Of a stretch of 32,000 nucleotides of DNA, positions 13,589-22,988 are shown in pieces. The notes beneath the pieces were generated by a model. It was not told the DNA's origin. It worked only from the letters and a program-made list of their open reading frames with translations, and did no database searches. This DNA is from Nitrosopumilaceae archaeon (GTDB lineage: Archaea; Thermoproteota; Nitrososphaeria; Nitrososphaerales; Nitrosopumilaceae), in assembly GCA_035631875.1 (NCBI GenBank), contig DASQHX010000010.1, positions 248,708 to 280,707 of the forward strand, read 5' to 3'. The stretch's first letter is position 1. Every line of letters starts with the position of its first letter. The translations under genes and the position numbers were made by a program.

Positions 13589-14680
13589 ATGATAAAAAGA
13601 TCAGATATTCAGAAAATTGTCAACGAATATTCTGATCTTACCATAGGCACACTTGGTAGTCATTCTGCACTTGAAATAATGGATGGTGCAAAAGACGAAA
13701 ATTTGCAAACTGTAGTTGTGTGCCAAAAAGGACGTGAGGTTCCATACAAAAGATTTTCCAGACTTGCAGATGAGATCATAATTCTAAATAAATTCAAGGA
13801 GATGCTATCTCCAAAAATTCAAGATCGTCTGCGTGCTTCAAACACCGTAATTGTACCACACAGAGCACTTACTGCTTATCTTGGATATCATAATGTTGAA
13901 AATAATTTCAAAGTACCAATATTTGGAAATAGATCATTGTTTCAAGCAGAAGAACGTTCACACCCAAAGAATCAATACTATCTGCTTGAAAAAGCCAAGA
14001 TAAAACATCCCAAACTTTTCAAAAACCCAAAGGACATAGACAGACCTGTTATTGTTAAGGTACAGGAGAAATCTCGTAAACTGGAGAGAGCTTTCTTTAA
14101 TGTTTCATCGTATTCGGAATACAAAGACAAGGCAGAAATCAAGATTGGACGCGGACTTGTTTCAAGGGATGCGTTAAAAAGTGCAAGCATTGAGGAACAT
14201 GTGATAGGGACATATTTTAATTTCAATTACTTTTACACGCCAATCTCAGATGAAGTTGACTTTCTAGGCATAGAGAGAAGATTGCAGACAAACATACATG
14301 ATTTTACTTCTCTTCCTGCTAGACAACAACTTGAAACAAACATAGAACTACAAAATATAGAAGTGGGTCACACTCCCGCAAGCATAAGAGAATCACTTTT
14401 GGAAAAAGTTTTGGCTGCAGGTGATAAATTTGTCAATGCCGTCAAAAAGGAATATGCACCTGGAATCATAGGTCCATTTTCATTGCAAAGTGTAATCACA
14501 CGAGATTTGGAAATTGTAGTGTATGATGTGTCACTTCGAGTTCCTGGAAATCCAATTCTTGCCACAACTAGTCCATACACAAAATACAAGTACGGAACTA
14601 CATTTGGAGTTGGAAGAAGAATTGCAATGGAGCTCAAACGAGCTCAACAAGAAGGAAGATTAGACGAAATAATTACCTAG
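13589..14680 (+). CDS. purP: 5-formaminoimidazole-4-carboxamide ribonucleotide (FAICAR) synthetase, archaeal PurP type (ATP-grasp)
   Basis: 363-aa ORF. The N-terminus 'IGTLGSHSALEIMDGAKDENLQTVVVCQKGREVPYKRF' is the characteristic PurP (DUF1246/DUF1297) signature. Confidence 0.85.
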   Translation: MIKRSDIQKIVNEYSDLTIGTLGSHSALEIMDGAKDENLQTVVVCQKGREVPYKRFSRLADEIIILNKFKEMLSPKIQDRLRASNTVIVPHRALTAYLGYHNVENNFKVPIFGNRSLFQAEERSHPKNQYYLLEKAKIKHPKLFKNPKDIDRPVIVKVQEKSRKLERAFFNVSSYSEYKDKAEIKIGRGLVSRDALKSASIEEHVIGTYFNFNYFYTPISDEVDFLGIERRLQTNIHDFTSLPARQQLETNIELQNIEVGHTPASIRESLLEKVLAAGDKFVNAVKKEYAPGIIGPFSLQSVITRDLEIVVYDVSLRVPGNPILATTSPYTKYKYGTTFGVGRRIAMELKRAQQEGRLDEIIT

Positions 14681-15102
14681 GCTTCCGTCTTTTCTTTTAG
14701 AAGATTTTTTCTTACTAGTATTGGGATATTATAAAATGATGCAAGCGCTATTGCGTCAGAAGCACGATAGTTTCTCATAACAAATTCATTTTTTCCAGTA
14801 AAGTACAAGTTTGCACGCAATACGTTTCCACTTTCATAGACTTTAATTCTAACCAAGAGCAATTCGTTTAATTCAGAAATTTCTTCAATCATGTTGTAAA
14901 TTGTCGGTATTGAATCCCTTTGCCCTTCAACAAAATTGGTTATGTGTCTAGCTACTTCACCCGAAAAGGCTCTCATGTGAAACTCCTTTCCGTCGTCTGA
15001 TCTTAGAATCAGTAGACCCTCTACGCCATAGGGATCAACAAACCCTACATACGTTATTTTCGTGTCGACATAATCGGAGTCTTGAATCTCATTGATCTTC
15101 AC
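14677..15102 (-). CDS. Bifunctional-nuclease-domain (DUF151/BFN) protein
   Basis: 141-aa ORF with a GTG start. 'FHMRAFSGEVARHI...IPTIYNMIEEI...RIKVYESGNVLRANLYF...RASDAIALASFYNIPILV' aligns with the BFN-domain pattern ('I.IG..EA.AI...RP.THDL...D.RPSDAIALA.R...PI.V'). Confidence 0.65.
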   Translation of the reverse strand: MKINEIQDSDYVDTKITYVGFVDPYGVEGLLILRSDDGKEFHMRAFSGEVARHITNFVEGQRDSIPTIYNMIEEISELNELLLVRIKVYESGNVLRANLYFTGKNEFVMRNYRASDAIALASFYNIPILVRKNLLKEKTEA

Positions 15103-15189
15103 GATTAATTTCTATCACTCAATCATTGCAGATAAATCCTTTGGAAAAAACAGATACAATTTAATGTCAGCAAGGGTCGCATCGAAATA

Positions 15190-16029
15190 TTGGAAAAACA
15201 GGCCATATTGCATCGCTCTTATCGCACTTTGATAATTGTAGGTCTTGTAGCAATAGCTGTTTCGTTTTTAGTTTATGCAAGAAATGATGCAATCTCAGTC
15301 ACACCTGCGGCAATGCCCTCACTAGAAAGACTTGCCATAGCTACATATGTTATTCTTTTCATGTCATTTGGCGCAATAGGTTGGGGATTGTACAGATTCT
15401 ACAAGATCAAAATAGCAGATAGTAACAACTCTATCTCTTCAATTATTGCAAATACCATAAATAATAAACGAGCAAAGCAAATCTTTGTTGCAAGTGCAAT
15501 AGGCTATGGAATTTTTTTTGCATTTGCTTCTGGAATAATATTATACAAACCAGAACTAAACGCTACCGATTATGGATTTCCAGTTCCACATGCTGAGATT
15601 GCATCATGCTGTGATCTTCCAGGATACATGCCAATGATTCTAGCCTTTTTTACAGAACATGTTGGTTTACAGATAATTCCTTTGAATTTTGTTTTGCTAA
15701 TAGTGGTTTCTTTTCTCGTAGGTCTGAATTTTACCATATCTTCAAAAACATTTACCATGTCAAGAAAAGGAAAAAGTCTTGGAACTTTTGGTGCCATAAC
15801 TGGACTCTTTGTAGGGTGTCCAACATGCGCAGGTACCGCATTTACAATGCTTTTTGGTCTAGGGGCCGGGGCTACTGGGGTCACATTATTTTTGACAAGC
15901 TATGAGGCACAACTCCAAACTATTTTTATTTCCATATCAATTCCAATATTGCTTCTCACTCCTTTTATCATGGCAAGAAACATCAGAAAAGCCAGTTTAG
16001 GTAATTGTGCAATAGATTCTAAACAGTGA
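15190..16029 (+). CDS. Polytopic membrane protein with intramembrane Cys motifs (function unknown)
   Basis: 279-aa ORF with a TTG start and several hydrophobic helices. It carries 'SCCDLPGY' and 'GCPTCAG' motifs. No family was recognised. Confidence 0.55.
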   Translation: MEKQAILHRSYRTLIIVGLVAIAVSFLVYARNDAISVTPAAMPSLERLAIATYVILFMSFGAIGWGLYRFYKIKIADSNNSISSIIANTINNKRAKQIFVASAIGYGIFFAFASGIILYKPELNATDYGFPVPHAEIASCCDLPGYMPMILAFFTEHVGLQIIPLNFVLLIVVSFLVGLNFTISSKTFTMSRKGKSLGTFGAITGLFVGCPTCAGTAFTMLFGLGAGATGVTLFLTSYEAQLQTIFISISIPILLLTPFIMARNIRKASLGNCAIDSKQ

Positions 16030-16306
16030 TCTTTGTAACTTGAGGAGTCTTCCAGTCTCCAATGTTATAACCATCACGCCTGAGATATTTTAGAGTAAGC
16101 TTGTAGACTAGCTCATCGTGATCAACAGTTTCCAAAATTTCGGTCCATAAAACAACTCCTGTTTTGTTAATTTTTTTTGCAATCTGTGAAGAAACTGTTT
16201 CAGCAATCTGCTTGCACTGATCAAAAGTCTTTCCATTTTTGTATGCACGTGTTCTTGTGTCACAGCTGTCCATGTCATTGTTTATACATGGTTCAATAAA
16301 AAACAT
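16019..16306 (-). CDS. Hypothetical small protein
   Basis: 95-aa ORF with an ATG start. Its 3' end overlaps the membrane-protein gene by 11 nt, convergently. No family was recognised. Confidence 0.4.
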   Translation of the reverse strand: MFFIEPCINNDMDSCDTRTRAYKNGKTFDQCKQIAETVSSQIAKKINKTGVVLWTEILETVDHDELVYKLTLKYLRRDGYNIGDWKTPQVTKITV

Positions 16307-16360
16307 CTTTTACGTATAGAATAATAATTAGAGACAATACAAATTATTAGTTTAGATAAT

Positions 16361-17275
16361 ATGATTTCAATAAATCCGCTACAAGTTTTTTTATGGGCAT
16401 TCAGACGCAGAGAGCGTGATGTTGTGAATCTTTACAATTCATTATCTCCGCTAATGCAACTTGCTACCGATAACAATATGCTTAATTTTGGGTATTGGAA
16501 AAACAATCCAGCAGATCCACTTGGAGCACAAAATGAACTGTGTAAACTAATTGGTGAGATTTCAGATTTGGCTTCTGCAAGTATTGTCATAGATGTAGGA
16601 AGTGGTTTTTCTGCACCCGCAACATATTGGAAATCACAATATGGAAATATCAACATCACATGCATAAACACCAATTTTCAACAATTAGTGTTATCAACAA
16701 AATTAATTGGTAACAATATTTCAGATATGAAAGAGAACTCTTATGCTCTTTTACAGACAAACGATATTAGATTTGTAAATGCAACTTCTACCTCCTTGCC
16801 TATTTCTAACAGTTATGCAGATAGAGTAATTGCCTTAGAGTCTGCACAGCATTTTAGGCCACTAAGTCAATTTATCAGAGAATCTAGAAAAATTCTAAAA
16901 AATAATGGCATACTAATAATTGCAATACCAGTTACTAAAGTTCCATCAAAACTAGCATCATTTATGAAACTTGGGATTCTTTCACTAACATGGGCATCTG
17001 AACACTACAGTTTGGATCATGTCAAAACCACAATAATTAACGAGGGGTTTCATATAGACGAAATTCAATCAATTGGTCATTACGTGTATGAACCCTTGGC
17101 TGATTATTATATAAAAAATAGAAAATATCTTAGAGAAAGAATTTTGAAGAAATATTCTCCATATCTTGAAAATATTCTCTACAAATCATTATTAAAAATG
17201 AAACAAGTATCCCAAAATGGAATCATTGATTATGTATTGATAAAATGTAGACCAAACTCCATCAATCAGGAATAG
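16361..17275 (+). CDS. Class I SAM-dependent methyltransferase
   Basis: 304-aa ORF. 'NFGYW' precedes motif I 'VIDVGSGFSAPA', and the post-I/II region 'ADRVIALESAQHF' and 'GILIIAIP' follows. This layout is typical of type-11/12 small-molecule methyltransferases. Confidence 0.7.
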   Translation: MISINPLQVFLWAFRRRERDVVNLYNSLSPLMQLATDNNMLNFGYWKNNPADPLGAQNELCKLIGEISDLASASIVIDVGSGFSAPATYWKSQYGNINITCINTNFQQLVLSTKLIGNNISDMKENSYALLQTNDIRFVNATSTSLPISNSYADRVIALESAQHFRPLSQFIRESRKILKNNGILIIAIPVTKVPSKLASFMKLGILSLTWASEHYSLDHVKTTIINEGFHIDEIQSIGHYVYEPLADYYIKNRKYLRERILKKYSPYLENILYKSLLKMKQVSQNGIIDYVLIKCRPNSINQE

Positions 17276-17349
17276 ATTTGATAGAATGCCTTGTAAGTGT
17301 GATAAAATACTCACGAACGTATAAGGACTCGGGATAGTTCCACAATACT

Positions 17350-17907
17350 ATGAATGACAAGACAATCTACATGTTATTGGCAATATCCATGCTTCTTATT
17401 CCAACATATATCTACCAAAATTCAGAGGCAACATCAAAGGGAGTGAGTATCTTTACAATTAGAGGGTATGAGAATCTAAAAATTCAAAATGGTTTAACAA
17501 TACAAGGCAATAACTATACTTTGACTGGGCCAATAAACAATGTTAAAACAATTACAGTTACCACATTTGAACAAGTGAACATAAAACTACACATGTGGGA
17601 CAAGTTGGGTGCTAATCAAAAAAAACACGTTACGTTATACATGAATCTAAATGGGGCATCAAGAGAAATCAAAGATAGCGACACGTACATCATATTTGAT
17701 TCTGATAAACCACTACAAATTGTTGATCCACACAAGTATTTTGTAGAAACAACCATTTCCACATCAAACAATGGCAATTATATCACTCTAAATTATGACA
17801 TTGTTTTTGTAAAATCAATGCAAAAATCTGATCTTATAATAAGTGCGTGGGATCAAAGCAAATATGTTGAAAACACCAAAGTGGTAAATGCCCTTCAAGT
17901 AAGATAG
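17350..17907 (+). CDS. Hypothetical exported protein
   Basis: 185-aa ORF with an N-terminal hydrophobic signal/anchor 'IYMLLAISMLLIPTYIY'. No family was recognised. Confidence 0.5.
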   Translation: MNDKTIYMLLAISMLLIPTYIYQNSEATSKGVSIFTIRGYENLKIQNGLTIQGNNYTLTGPINNVKTITVTTFEQVNIKLHMWDKLGANQKKHVTLYMNLNGASREIKDSDTYIIFDSDKPLQIVDPHKYFVETTISTSNNGNYITLNYDIVFVKSMQKSDLIISAWDQSKYVENTKVVNALQVR

Positions 17908-18007
17908 TCATGCCATTGATTTTTTCAGTTTAATTTGTTTATTATATAAAAAGCATGCACTCATAAAAGAATAAAAATTAATATTTTCAATAATACAGGT
18001 GTTAAAG

Positions 18008-18169
18008 ATGGGTCTTTTTAAGAAAAAAGAAGTTGTTGAAACAAAATGTAAAGAATGTGGTTTGGAGTTAAACGATTCTGAGAGATTAGAAAGGCATATG
18101 AAAAAAGCTCATCGCCATCCTTCCCAAAAAAACTTTGATGAACCAAGCAGTGGTGGAGGAATGTGGTAA
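18008..18169 (+). CDS. C2H2 zinc-finger microprotein (53 aa, below the ORF-track cutoff)
   Basis: My translation is 'MGLFKKKEVVETKCKECGLELNDSERLERHMKKAHRHPSQKNFDEPSSGGGMW'. It has exact C-X2-C-X12-H-X4-H spacing. It ends 6 nt before the DedA start. Confidence 0.45.
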   Translation: MGLFKKKEVVETKCKECGLELNDSERLERHMKKAHRHPSQKNFDEPSSGGGMW

Positions 18170-18175
18170 AAATAA

Positions 18176-18802
18176 TTGGTCACCCTCGAGATATTAAATA
18201 ATCTGATAGAATTTATAATTTCAACAATTTCTGGTTCTGGATATATTGGTATATTTCTGCTTATGATTGCAGAAAGTGCGTTAATACCAATTCCAAGTGA
18301 GGTTGTCATGCCATTTTCTGGGTATCTTGTTGTCTCTGGCAAGTTCAATGTAGCAGGTGTAATCATTGCAGGCTCTATAGGAAATCTAATTGGTTCACTT
18401 ATTGCATACTACATAGGTCTTAGACTAGGAAGAGAATTTATTTTGAGATATGGAAAATATGTTTTACTTCGAAAAAGCCATCTTGAACTTACAGAATCAT
18501 ATTTCAAAAAATATGGAGATAGATCAACTTTCATAAGCAGGATGTTACCAGCTGTTCGAACTTACATTTCATTGCCAGCAGGAGTAGCAAAGATGAACCT
18601 CAAGAAGTTCATCATATACACTCTGATTGGCTCTATAATTTGGAATTCAGCTTTAACATACATAGGAATGCAACTTGGCCAGGAATGGAAAAATATTCTA
18701 CACTATTCAAATTACTTTGATGGAATTGTAATAATTGGTGTAATAATTACCATTGTGATCTTTTTGCGAAGTAGAAGAAATAAACCTACGGACACATCTT
18801 GA
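18176..18802 (+). CDS. DedA-family (SNARE-associated/VTT-domain) membrane protein
   Basis: 208-aa ORF with a TTG start. 'GYIGIFLLMIAESALIPIPSEVVMPFSGYLV' and 'FISRMLPAVRTYISLPAG' are the two DedA signature regions. Confidence 0.8.
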   Translation: MVTLEILNNLIEFIISTISGSGYIGIFLLMIAESALIPIPSEVVMPFSGYLVVSGKFNVAGVIIAGSIGNLIGSLIAYYIGLRLGREFILRYGKYVLLRKSHLELTESYFKKYGDRSTFISRMLPAVRTYISLPAGVAKMNLKKFIIYTLIGSIIWNSALTYIGMQLGQEWKNILHYSNYFDGIVIIGVIITIVIFLRSRRNKPTDTS

Positions 18803-18803
18803 A

Positions 18804-19085
18804 TTAACGTTCCTTTAATCGCTTTAGTTCTTCCAGAATAATTTTCAAAACTTTATCATTATCAAGCAACACATATGGAATTTCATTTTCTTTGCAGCCA
18901 TTACCAACTTCGGTATCTTCTGTTACCACAATCATACCATTTGTTTCTGCATATTTTATAATAGAATAATCACTTTGTAATTTCTTTCCTTCTGCAATTA
19001 ATTTTTTAACACTATATGCTTCATAACCAAATTCTTTTAATTTGATATCAAATCCATCATACATTGCATCTACAAGTATTTTCAT
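18804..19085 (-). CDS. Small PIN-like / Mut7-C-type (DUF5615-like) putative ribonuclease-domain protein
   Basis: 93-aa ORF. 'MKILVDAMYDGFDIKLKEFGYEA' and 'DYSIIKYAETNGMIVVTEDTE' resemble the N-terminal Asp and the 'D..I...A......I.T.D' segment of Mut7-C/DUF5615 domains. This is a recollection-level match only. Confidence 0.4.
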   Translation of the reverse strand: MKILVDAMYDGFDIKLKEFGYEAYSVKKLIAEGKKLQSDYSIIKYAETNGMIVVTEDTEVGNGCKENEIPYVLLDNDKVLKIILEELKRLKER

Positions 19086-19325
19086 TTCTTTATACCATAG
19101 ATTTGAAAATTACTATTTGTACGCTTTGTTTGTATGATCAATCCTAGAAGAATAAAGAAATTAAAAAGAGCAGAAATATAGTTTTAGAGAATGAATTTTT
19201 ATAATTGAGTTGAACGTGTAAAATCATCATAATACTATTGATGATATATAGCTAAATGAAAGTTACAAAAACTCTCATATCGTTCACAAATAAGTGTATA
19301 TAAGTGAGATTTTTTCTATTGCCAC

Positions 19326-20378
19326 ATGATAAAAGCTCTAAGTGTAGCAGGTTTACAAACAGATGGTACTCCTTTTAAAAAACCAAGCATTCAGCTTGAA
19401 GAAGCAATCAGAGAAATATCACATGGTCATTTAACGTGGATTGAATGTGTCGTAGATAGTATTGTTAGCGATACTCCTACTGTTCTTCAAAACCTTGGCA
19501 TTACAATGGATCCTTCAGTTCTTCTTTCAGGATATGTTTCAAGCTATGAAGACAAAGAAGATACACTTGGTTTGATGCTTCCGTTTGTCATAACTAGTGC
19601 AAATAAAACCCAAACATCGCCTCTCTTGATCTTTTTAAAAAAAGATCTTGTTGTTACAATCCATGACGATTATGGAGGAAAGATAACAAGACTATACAAC
19701 TATTCAGGAACATTATTAAGAAAACTTCCAAAGGAGCCGGAGCAATGGGCGGATAGACAGACAATACTTTTAGCAAGAATAATTGATGAGCTAAGTGAAA
19801 CAAATTTTTCTATTTTGCGTTTAATAGTAGAAAGGGCAGAACAATTTGAAATTGATCTTGCCGGTTCTAGACAAGTAACTCGTGACATCCCACTTGAACT
19901 ATCAGATATGAAGACATCGCTTCTAACTTTCCTTAATGCTGTCTGGGCTACATATGATACTGTTCACAATTTGAAATACGGTGATGCTGAAATGGTTTCA
20001 GATGATGAACCTATTCTTGCCAAGTTTGAAGTCATTCTTGGAAGGTTAGACAGACAGATCCAAATGTCAGAAAATGTCATGCAGATGGTTGCTACTGGAG
20101 TTAATGTAATTCAAACCGAAGTGACAAACAAAGTAACCATTCTTATCATTTGGTGGACAGTAGCTGGAACTGCTGAATTGGTGCCTAATACAATTGCAAC
20201 TGTTTTTGGTCTTTTACCAGGTCATGAGCAATTTTTCCCCTGGATAATTAGTACAATAGTCATTTCAGCTGGACTTGCGACAGTTGTAGCATATCTGTAT
20301 GTGAGACGCTTCTTTGGGGGGACTCTTAGTATGAACAAGTTAAGAAATCTAAGAAAAAGACTAGTAAGATTCCATTAG
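19326..20378 (+). CDS. CorA-like divalent-cation transporter family protein lacking the canonical GMN motif
   Basis: 350-aa ORF with a large soluble N-terminal domain and two C-terminal TM helices. The position of 'YGMNF' is occupied by 'VFGLLPG', and the tail 'RRFFGG...LRKRLVRFH' is basic. Confidence 0.6.
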   Translation: MIKALSVAGLQTDGTPFKKPSIQLEEAIREISHGHLTWIECVVDSIVSDTPTVLQNLGITMDPSVLLSGYVSSYEDKEDTLGLMLPFVITSANKTQTSPLLIFLKKDLVVTIHDDYGGKITRLYNYSGTLLRKLPKEPEQWADRQTILLARIIDELSETNFSILRLIVERAEQFEIDLAGSRQVTRDIPLELSDMKTSLLTFLNAVWATYDTVHNLKYGDAEMVSDDEPILAKFEVILGRLDRQIQMSENVMQMVATGVNVIQTEVTNKVTILIIWWTVAGTAELVPNTIATVFGLLPGHEQFFPWIISTIVISAGLATVVAYLYVRRFFGGTLSMNKLRNLRKRLVRFH

Positions 20379-20450
20379 GTTAAAAAATTATAATTATATT
20401 TAGGATCGGATTTATCAAAATTTTACATTAATCAAATTTAGATTAATGTA

Positions 20451-20843
20451 TTAAGTCGTTGTTCCCCAACCTCGTGCAACTAGTGCTTGTGCAATCTGAG
20501 ATGTCACACAGGCAGGTGAACCATCCTCTATCTTTATAACTAAAGAAAATCCTTGATCACATTGCACCGTTTTTGCAGGAGTACCTGACTTGAATTGCTG
20601 CAACGGAGATAGTATTTTTTGTACTGGTGGTGGAACATTAGTCATATTTCCAGTCATATTTCCAGTCATATTTCCAGTCATATTTTTATTCGCAGCAACA
20701 GTTGTGTTCGTCTGTACATTAGTAGTCATATTCGCATTGTCAGCATATGCATTATTCAAAAAACCAATTACGCCAAGAGCAGTTACCACAGATAAACTTG
20801 CAAACAAAATCACGTAAGACAAAGATCGAGTGGCATTATCCAT
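20451..20843 (-). CDS. Exported or membrane-anchored protein with an N-X-T sequon array and a Cys-containing C-terminal domain
   Basis: The ORF is open to 20858 (GTG), and the ATG at 20843 gives 'MDNATRSLSYVILFASLSVVTALGVIGFL'. The sequon-rich stretch is 'NMTTNVQTNTTVAANKNMTGNMTGNMTGNMTN'. The C-terminus is 'VQCDQGFSLVIKIEDGSPACV...ARGWG'. Confidence 0.65.
   Translation of the reverse strand: MDNATRSLSYVILFASLSVVTALGVIGFLNNAYADNANMTTNVQTNTTVAANKNMTGNMTGNMTGNMTNVPPPVQKILSPLQQFKSGTPAKTVQCDQGFSLVIKIEDGSPACVTSQIAQALVARGWGTTT
20641..20688. repeat. 12-bp in-frame tandem repeat (three perfect copies plus one diverged)
   Basis: gtcatatttcca occurs at 20641-52, 20653-64 and 20665-76, then gtcatattttta at 20677-88. 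On the minus strand it encodes (NMTG)n. Confidence 0.9.
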
Positions 20844-20925
20844 AAAAGCGTGATGCACATATGACTATTAAAAGAGTTTCTATAATATCGATTGAGTATT
20901 TTGACAAATATATAAAGAAAAAGAG

Positions 20926-21150
20926 CTACAGATCTTTCTGTTTTATTCCACTTGTTTCGATCTCATACCTAAGTGGTGGTGGCAATTCAGGATAAGTCTT
21001 GTCAACCAGAACCTTAATTTGATCATCTGGGACCTTTACCAACCGAAGTAAGTTACCACGTTGATGTGCATATGCATTCTTCCAGAATCCAGCACCATCA
21101 AACGTGCCTATTTTTGGCAAATATTTAGAAGATTTCAAGTGCTCTAGCAT
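20926..21150 (-). CDS. Hypothetical small protein
   Basis: 74-aa ORF with an ATG start. No family was recognised. Confidence 0.4.
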   Translation of the reverse strand: MLEHLKSSKYLPKIGTFDGAGFWKNAYAHQRGNLLRLVKVPDDQIKVLVDKTYPELPPPLRYEIETSGIKQKDL

Positions 21151-21267
21151 CAGTATGCTTCTACATCAACTTTTTGCCAACAAAAAAACCTGATCTCTTC
21201 TCAAATTGGCAAAAATCAAGATTCATAAACAGAATCATCTACTATACGAAGAATTACGGAGAAATGT

Positions 21268-22980
21268 ATGAAAAATTTTGGTACCCTAGAATATGTTCTT
21301 GATAGGTTTTCAAGAGAATGGAGCTGGAAAGTAGCCGGTTCTCGTGCAGTTATAATGGTATCAAGAGTAATACCGCAATCATGGTATGGAGACGGCCCTA
21401 ATGAAGCAATAATTCCAGATACTAGTCAAAATGTACAAAAGATAAAATGGATTAATGATAGATATCCATTAGAGATTCTTTCAAAGTCAACGTGGAATAA
21501 AAAGATCGCACATTTTCGTGAAAAAAAGAAAAAGCCAAAAAAAATTGAAAAATTGCGCCAAGTAAATCCAGGAAAACAATTCAAAGGAAAGCTTCTTAAT
21601 TTCCAAAAAGAGGGACTAGACTTTCTATTAAAATCATCAGGAAACGCATTACTCGCAGATGAAATGGGTCTTGGAAAAACGGTTCAAACACTTGCGTATC
21701 TTGCCACCGAGAATCAAACTTTTCCCGCACTTGTAATAGCGCCTCTGGTCACTTTGAATAACTGGCAACGTGAGGTTGGAAAATTCTTGAAAAAAAAGAG
21801 TAAAAATGGACGATTGCTAGAAAATCAGGTACCAACTTCTACATTGATACGAAATGGCAAGTCCCAAGATTTGGGTAAGTTTGATCTCTATATCATCAAC
21901 TATGATTTACTACACAAAAGAATAGATGATTTATCAAAACTGAACTTGAAAACAATCATCTGTGATGAAGTTCAGCATCTTCGTTCAAAATCTACAAAAA
22001 AATATTCAGCTGTTAAAAAATTAACTGCGTTAAAATCTATCAAATATAGAATAGGTCTTTCCGGTACTCCAATTTATAACCGCGGTTCTGAGATCTGGCC
22101 CATAGTTGACATACTAAGACCCGGTTTACTTGGTAGCTTTAAGGAGTTTTGTGAGTACTTTTGTTATGTAAACGAAAAAGGAAAAGCCATAGTTCTTGAA
22201 AATAAACGTGAAAGTTTAGGAGAAGAGTTAAGAAAGCATGTTATGTTAAGGAGAAAAAAATCAGATGTTCTAAAAGAGCTAAAGGACAAAGTGCGTTACA
22301 AGGAAGTAATTGATGCCGATATTAACTACTACCAAAAAGAGCTTGACAAGATATGGAAAAAATTAGAAGAAGATCAAAAAAATGCTGAAACTGCATTTGA
22401 CAAATTCACTTCATACAAGAGAGCTATACAAAGTGAAAGACAGGCAGCTGGAATTGCAAAACTTCCTCATGTAATAGAATTTGTAAAAAACATTATGGAG
22501 ATTGAAGAGAGTGTCATAGTATTTTGCCACCACAGAGCAATTCACCAGCTTCTTCACAAGAGTCTTGGAGAATATGCTCCTGCATCTATAATTGGAGGTC
22601 AGACAGACAAGGAAAGACAGAAACACATAGACATGTTCCAAGCAGGTGAGACAAAACTAATGGTTGCAGGTCTTAGAGCTGGAAATGTAGGAATTAATTT
22701 GAGTCGTGCAAGATATGTTATTTTTGCAGAACTGGATTGGAGTCCTGCCATTCATAGGCAGGCAGAAGACAGACTTCACAGGATTGGGCAAAAAAATACA
22801 GTTTTTGCATATTATTTGATAGGCAATGGAACACTTGATGATCATGTGGCCAATGTCTTGGTGGACAAAAGCTATGAAATAGATGCCATAATGGATGAAA
22901 AAATAGAATCGTTTGAAAACAAGGAAAAAGCAGAATTAATCCTGGCACAAATTCATGACAAGATAGCCTCAAAGCGGTAA
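21268..22980 (+). CDS. SNF2/SWI2-family helicase-like ATPase
   Basis: 570-aa ORF with motif I 'LLADEMGLGKTVQ', motif II 'IICDEVQHLRS', motif III 'LSGTPIYN' and motif VI 'QAEDRLHRIGQ'. A ~100-aa N-terminal extension of unknown type precedes them. Confidence 0.85.
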   Translation: MKNFGTLEYVLDRFSREWSWKVAGSRAVIMVSRVIPQSWYGDGPNEAIIPDTSQNVQKIKWINDRYPLEILSKSTWNKKIAHFREKKKKPKKIEKLRQVNPGKQFKGKLLNFQKEGLDFLLKSSGNALLADEMGLGKTVQTLAYLATENQTFPALVIAPLVTLNNWQREVGKFLKKKSKNGRLLENQVPTSTLIRNGKSQDLGKFDLYIINYDLLHKRIDDLSKLNLKTIICDEVQHLRSKSTKKYSAVKKLTALKSIKYRIGLSGTPIYNRGSEIWPIVDILRPGLLGSFKEFCEYFCYVNEKGKAIVLENKRESLGEELRKHVMLRRKKSDVLKELKDKVRYKEVIDADINYYQKELDKIWKKLEEDQKNAETAFDKFTSYKRAIQSERQAAGIAKLPHVIEFVKNIMEIEESVIVFCHHRAIHQLLHKSLGEYAPASIIGGQTDKERQKHIDMFQAGETKLMVAGLRAGNVGINLSRARYVIFAELDWSPAIHRQAEDRLHRIGQKNTVFAYYLIGNGTLDDHVANVLVDKSYEIDAIMDEKIESFENKEKAELILAQIHDKIASKR

Positions 22981-22988
22981 AGATGTTT

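Noticed and set aside
18109-18366. 85-aa minus-strand ORF
   Set aside because: It overlaps both the C2H2 microprotein ORF and the N-terminus of the DedA gene, whose signature motifs are encoded on the plus strand.
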